From assembly GCA_964464385.1 (NCBI GenBank), contig CAYXFZ010000008.1:1-38546 (forward strand): 38,546 nt of DNA. Direction: 5' to 3'. Below are positions 36,200-38,546 of the stretch, piece after piece; positions within the stretch are counted from its first letter, which is position 1, and every line of letters begins with the position of its first letter. The notes beneath the pieces were generated by a model. It was not told the origin of the DNA and searched no databases. It saw only the letters and a program-made list of their open reading frames with translations. A program made the position numbers and the translations under genes. Source of the DNA: an uncultured Planctomycetales bacterium (GTDB lineage: Bacteria; Planctomycetota; UBA1135).

Positions 36200-36432
36200 A
36201 GCCCTTGCTCGACATACAGTTTATAGACCTTGGGATTCTGGCAATTGATTTCATTAATCGAGCAGGTTCCTCCCGGACACAACTGCAATGAATTTGCTAT
36301 GAAATGACCCTTAGGTTGGCATTTGACAGCATCCCACTGCTTTCCAAGGAGCCGTCGTAAGAATATTAAATAAAAGATCTTGCGGCTATAAACCTTTGCC
36401 AGATAAGGCTTTCGGAATTGTGGATTTTCTGA

Positions 36433-36505
36433 TTCCTAAACCGAAGGCCGCACGTGGGCTAGGCCGCGCGCCCCTCGTCGAATCGTGTCGGGGACGCCAT
36501 CCCCT
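36433..36505 (+). repeat. Direct repeat of the tRNA-Arg 3' half (att-like), interrupted by a 22-nt GC-rich insert
   Basis: 36433-36447 is 15/15 identical to tRNA 32688-32702. 36448-36455 matches 6/8. 36456-36477 is the insert gggctaggccgcgcgcccctcg. 36478-36499 is 22/22 identical to 32711-32732. Similarity continues a few nt past CCA. Confidence 0.8.
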
Positions 36506-38278
36506 TATGGTTTTCGGAGGACACTAGAAGCAGTATCCATGGCCAAATTTTGGCTCAGTTGGAAGGAGTGGTCAATTGCTTTGTTGCTGGCGTGGCAAGG
36601 AACTTCTCTTCACCTATTGAGAATAGGAAACGCGAGATTGGTTCTAAGCTCGGAATCTGGGAATTCCCATTGTGGAAATTAATAACTCCACATAGAGCCA
36701 CGCGGAAACACCCCGGGACCATCCGGGTAGGTGCCCGGGTTGAAACCCCCGAGCAGGAACAGGCGCTCTCCGTCGGAAGCAACTTGCCCATGGTCCAATG
36801 GGGAGTCGGGCACCGAGGTTCCAGTTTTCAAGAGCGACCAGGATTCAGAATTGGGGCGATAGAGCCAGATTCCCGGGCGATCCCCCGGGCCGGGATAAAA
36901 CCCGAACAACACCAGACCGCCGAGTTTTTCCACCGGACAGAGGAACCCATGGTCCAAGTTCGGTGGGTTTGAAGGGGTATCCACCAAGCTCCATGCCAAA
37001 GCATGGAAATCAAAATGCCATGTCTCGGCCCTCGCATCGTCTTCCGGGGAGCCGCCGCTGAGCACGGTCACCCCCGACAAGGTGTCGCGGGCCATCTTCA
37101 CATGGTCCTGGGGTTGGGGAAGGAGGGAGCCCTCTGGCGAGTCGAGTTTGGTCCATCGCAAATCATCCATGCCGAGAAGCCAGGTGTCGCGAAGAGGGTT
37201 TTGTTTCCCGTCCCGCCCTCCAAAAACCATGACCTGGTCGGTGACCGGGTCGTAGACCATGCCATGTTTTGATCTGGGGGGCGGAGAAAGGCCGAGAGTC
37301 TCCAACTGAGTCCACTTGGTCTCGGATCCATCCAAGGCCCAGATGTCGCCGAAGGTGGTCTCCATATTCGTGCCTCCGAAAAGAACCAAGCGCGCTCTAC
37401 TGGAGTCCAGGACCATGGTGTGGGAAATCCTGGACCCGGGGCTTAAGGCTTCCTCGCCCACGACAAGATTCCATTCCGGAGATCCAGGGGACCATGCCCA
37501 AGTCTCCGGGCGAATATTCCAGTTTCCGTCATGGCCTCCGTGAAGGAAAAAAACCTTGCGGCCCGGATCCCAGCTCATCGCGGAGTCCACTTTTGGGCCA
37601 CTCGTTTGCACTGCCAACGCTTTCCAGCCGAATTCATCGGATTGAGAGCAGGAAATCATGCCGGAGCACAGGCACATCCCCAGCCAAAGTACGCTTTGGA
37701 CACGAATCTTTTCCACATGGCGGCCGAGAGAAGCCTGCACCGCCTCCCAGGCCGGGGCCAGGAAGAGGGCGAAAAGAAGGGAAAGTGATTTCATGGTTTT
37801 TATGGAGTTTGGGGGTTTCCGGGTGGTCTCCCGTAGATTACTACTTGGGCGAATGGCCGTTGGCCCATTTTAGGATTGGTTTCGATTTGGATGAACAGGT
37901 TTGAAGATTCGTCCCATCTGAATGAGAAGGAATGGGATTTGGCTTGGGTTTGGCTGCTCGGTTCCTCAGCACTACTTTCTGTTTGGACTTCCTCCGACCC
38001 TGGGAACTTTTACTGCTACTCACCGGCACCCAATGAATGTGTCTATTTCATGGAAGAAAAAGCCGCAGGGCTCCTACCCCGGGTTAACGCCCTAATATAA
38101 AAGCTCTCCAGCGAATCGTCCTGACCATCTGTGCAGAAACTGTGAAAAGTAAGGAGGTTTGATGGTCATTCATGGAGGGCCTCCGACCTCATCCGTCTCC
38201 TACCTAAGTTGATTAAATAACTGGGCCGATGGCGATAAACGCCTTCGTTACAATCACTTGCCTAACCACCTGAAGTTA
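36506..38278. mobile_element. Putative decayed tRNA-integrated island, segment 2 (between the two tRNA-half repeats); no integrase present
   Basis: Flanked by the two att-like repeats. It holds one Kelch gene plus ~480 bp of visibly AT-richer non-coding DNA. Confidence 0.4.
36679..37794 (-). CDS. Secreted or lipoprotein Kelch-repeat beta-propeller protein
   Basis: MKSLSLLFALFLAPAWEA is followed by a second lipobox-like segment, LCSGMISCS. Repeated ..LVLFGG.., ..VMVFGGRDG.. and W..L units are typical of Kelch/galactose-oxidase-type blades. Confidence 0.8.
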   Translation of the reverse strand: MKSLSLLFALFLAPAWEAVQASLGRHVEKIRVQSVLWLGMCLCSGMISCSQSDEFGWKALAVQTSGPKVDSAMSWDPGRKVFFLHGGHDGNWNIRPETWAWSPGSPEWNLVVGEEALSPGSRISHTMVLDSSRARLVLFGGTNMETTFGDIWALDGSETKWTQLETLGLSPPPRSKHGMVYDPVTDQVMVFGGRDGKQNPLRDTWLLGMDDLRWTKLDSPEGSLLPQPQDHVKMARDTLSGVTVLSGGSPEDDARAETWHFDFHALAWSLVDTPSNPPNLDHGFLCPVEKLGGLVLFGFYPGPGDRPGIWLYRPNSESWSLLKTGTSVPDSPLDHGQVASDGERLFLLGGFNPGTYPDGPGVFPRGSMWSY

Positions 38279-38321
38279 GTTTTCTAAACCGAAGGTCACA
38301 CGTCCAAATCGTGTCGGGGAC
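38279..38321 (+). repeat. Second direct repeat of the tRNA-Arg 3' half (att-like), 40/43 identical
   Basis: gttttctaaaccgaaggtcacacgtccaaatcgtgtcggggac versus tRNA 32686-32728 gtttcctaaaccgaaggtcacacgttcgaatcgtgtcggggac. Confidence 0.8.
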
Positions 38322-38376
38322 ACAACTTCTATTATCGAATCAAAGAAATGCGCACGATATCCTGATTTGTGCATTT

Positions 38377-38546
38377 CTACGCTCTAATGCGGCATACTCC
38401 AAGCCAACTTAAGCCCACGACCATACAGCTCAGACTAGCCGTAGAGCCGAATGAAAAGTCGAGAGCAATCGAGGCCGGCCAACTGATAGCAACCGAAATC
38501 AGGCTAAGTGAAACGGTGCGACGCAAATAAGGGACAATTCCGGGCT
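38377..38546 (-). CDS. Possible 3' end of a hydrophobic (membrane?) protein gene entering from the right edge
   Basis: The frame is open from the window edge: ..LSLISVAISWPASIALDFSFGSTASLSCMVVGLSWLGVCRIRA*. The stop at 38377-79 overlaps an imperfect hairpin, AGAAATGCAC-N13-GTGCGCATTTCT. There is no homology evidence. Confidence 0.25.
   Translation of the reverse strand, partial: PGIVPYLRRTVSLSLISVAISWPASIALDFSFGSTASLSCMVVGLSWLGVCRIRA

Larger units (their letters stand above)
32733..36432. mobile_element. Putative decayed tRNA-integrated island, segment 1 (tRNA 3' end to first direct repeat); no integrase present
   Basis: Bounded by tRNA-Arg and a copy of its 3' half at 36433..36505. The right-hand ~230 bp is visibly AT-richer (gaatattaaataaaag). 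Confidence 0.45.

Noticed and set aside
36197-36440. Long ATG-less open minus-strand frame (..LRRLLGKQWDAVKCQPKGHFIANSLQLCPGGTCSINEINCQNPKVYKLYVEQGLHC..) at the island 1 border
   Set aside because: It has no plausible start codon, runs antisense into the PLP-enzyme gene, and has no recognisable family. It could be debris, but I cannot support calling it a feature.
36421-36505. A second tRNA gene (possibly with a long variable arm) at the first tRNA-like repeat
   Set aside because: Upstream sequence provides no 5' acceptor strand, D-arm or anticodon-stem 5' strand. Only the 3' half is present, and the T-stem is disrupted by the insert.
38151-38212. AAGGAGG-led 16-codon micro-ORF (MVIHGGPPTSSVSYLS) in the AT-richer spacer
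   Set aside because: It is too short, the SD spacing is only 4 nt, and nothing else supports it. It is likely chance or debris of a lost island gene.
32733-38546. Search for an integrase, excisionase or transposase to go with the att-like repeats
   Set aside because: No ORF in any frame shows tyrosine or serine recombinase hallmarks. The only sizeable ORFs are the beta-helix, PLP-enzyme and Kelch genes, so the segments are called decayed remnants, not an active element.

Overview
High-GC (by eye) bacterial chromosomal window with about 30 protein genes and one tRNA. I saw no rRNA, CRISPR array, transposase or integrase. The gene content (a PVC-type heme-binding/ThuA giant protein, an ECF sigma/anti-sigma pair, many signal-peptide proteins) suggests a Planctomycetota/Verrucomicrobiota-like organism; this is inference only.

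Layout:
- 1-1200: amidohydrolase 3' end, converging on a gene that the ORF track splits in two. It reads as one UGA-recoded selenoprotein: signal peptide, two EF-hands and an iodothyronine-deiodinase-like thioredoxin fold (FGSYT-U-PPF). An fdhF-like GGUC-loop hairpin sits just downstream of the UGA.
- 1.2-10.4 kb: minus-strand array mixing methionine-salvage genes (mtnP, mtnA), eda and a cupin with secreted beta-propeller and glycosidase-like proteins.
- 10.4-15.8 kb: split Tm-1-like pair (UPF0261 + PEP-hydrolase-like), translationally coupled to a 1111-aa ThuA/dehydrogenase/CBM/cytochrome c protein.
- 16-21.8 kb: secreted protein, MORN-variant lipoprotein, and an ECF sigma with an anti-sigma::vWA fusion.
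- 21.8-32.6 kb: near-complete reductive pyrimidine catabolism cluster with an NCS1 permease and a yeast-type cytosine deaminase.
- 32.66 kb onward: tRNA-Arg(CCT) followed by two direct repeats of its 3' half, delimiting two small integrase-less island segments.

Most notable:
- The recoded selenoprotein.
- A conserved ~100-aa extreme C-terminal domain shared by four signal-peptide proteins in this window. I cannot assign it to a known sorting-signal family.
- The tandem tRNA-half repeats.
- A (GGGGGAA)5 array abutting a start codon.
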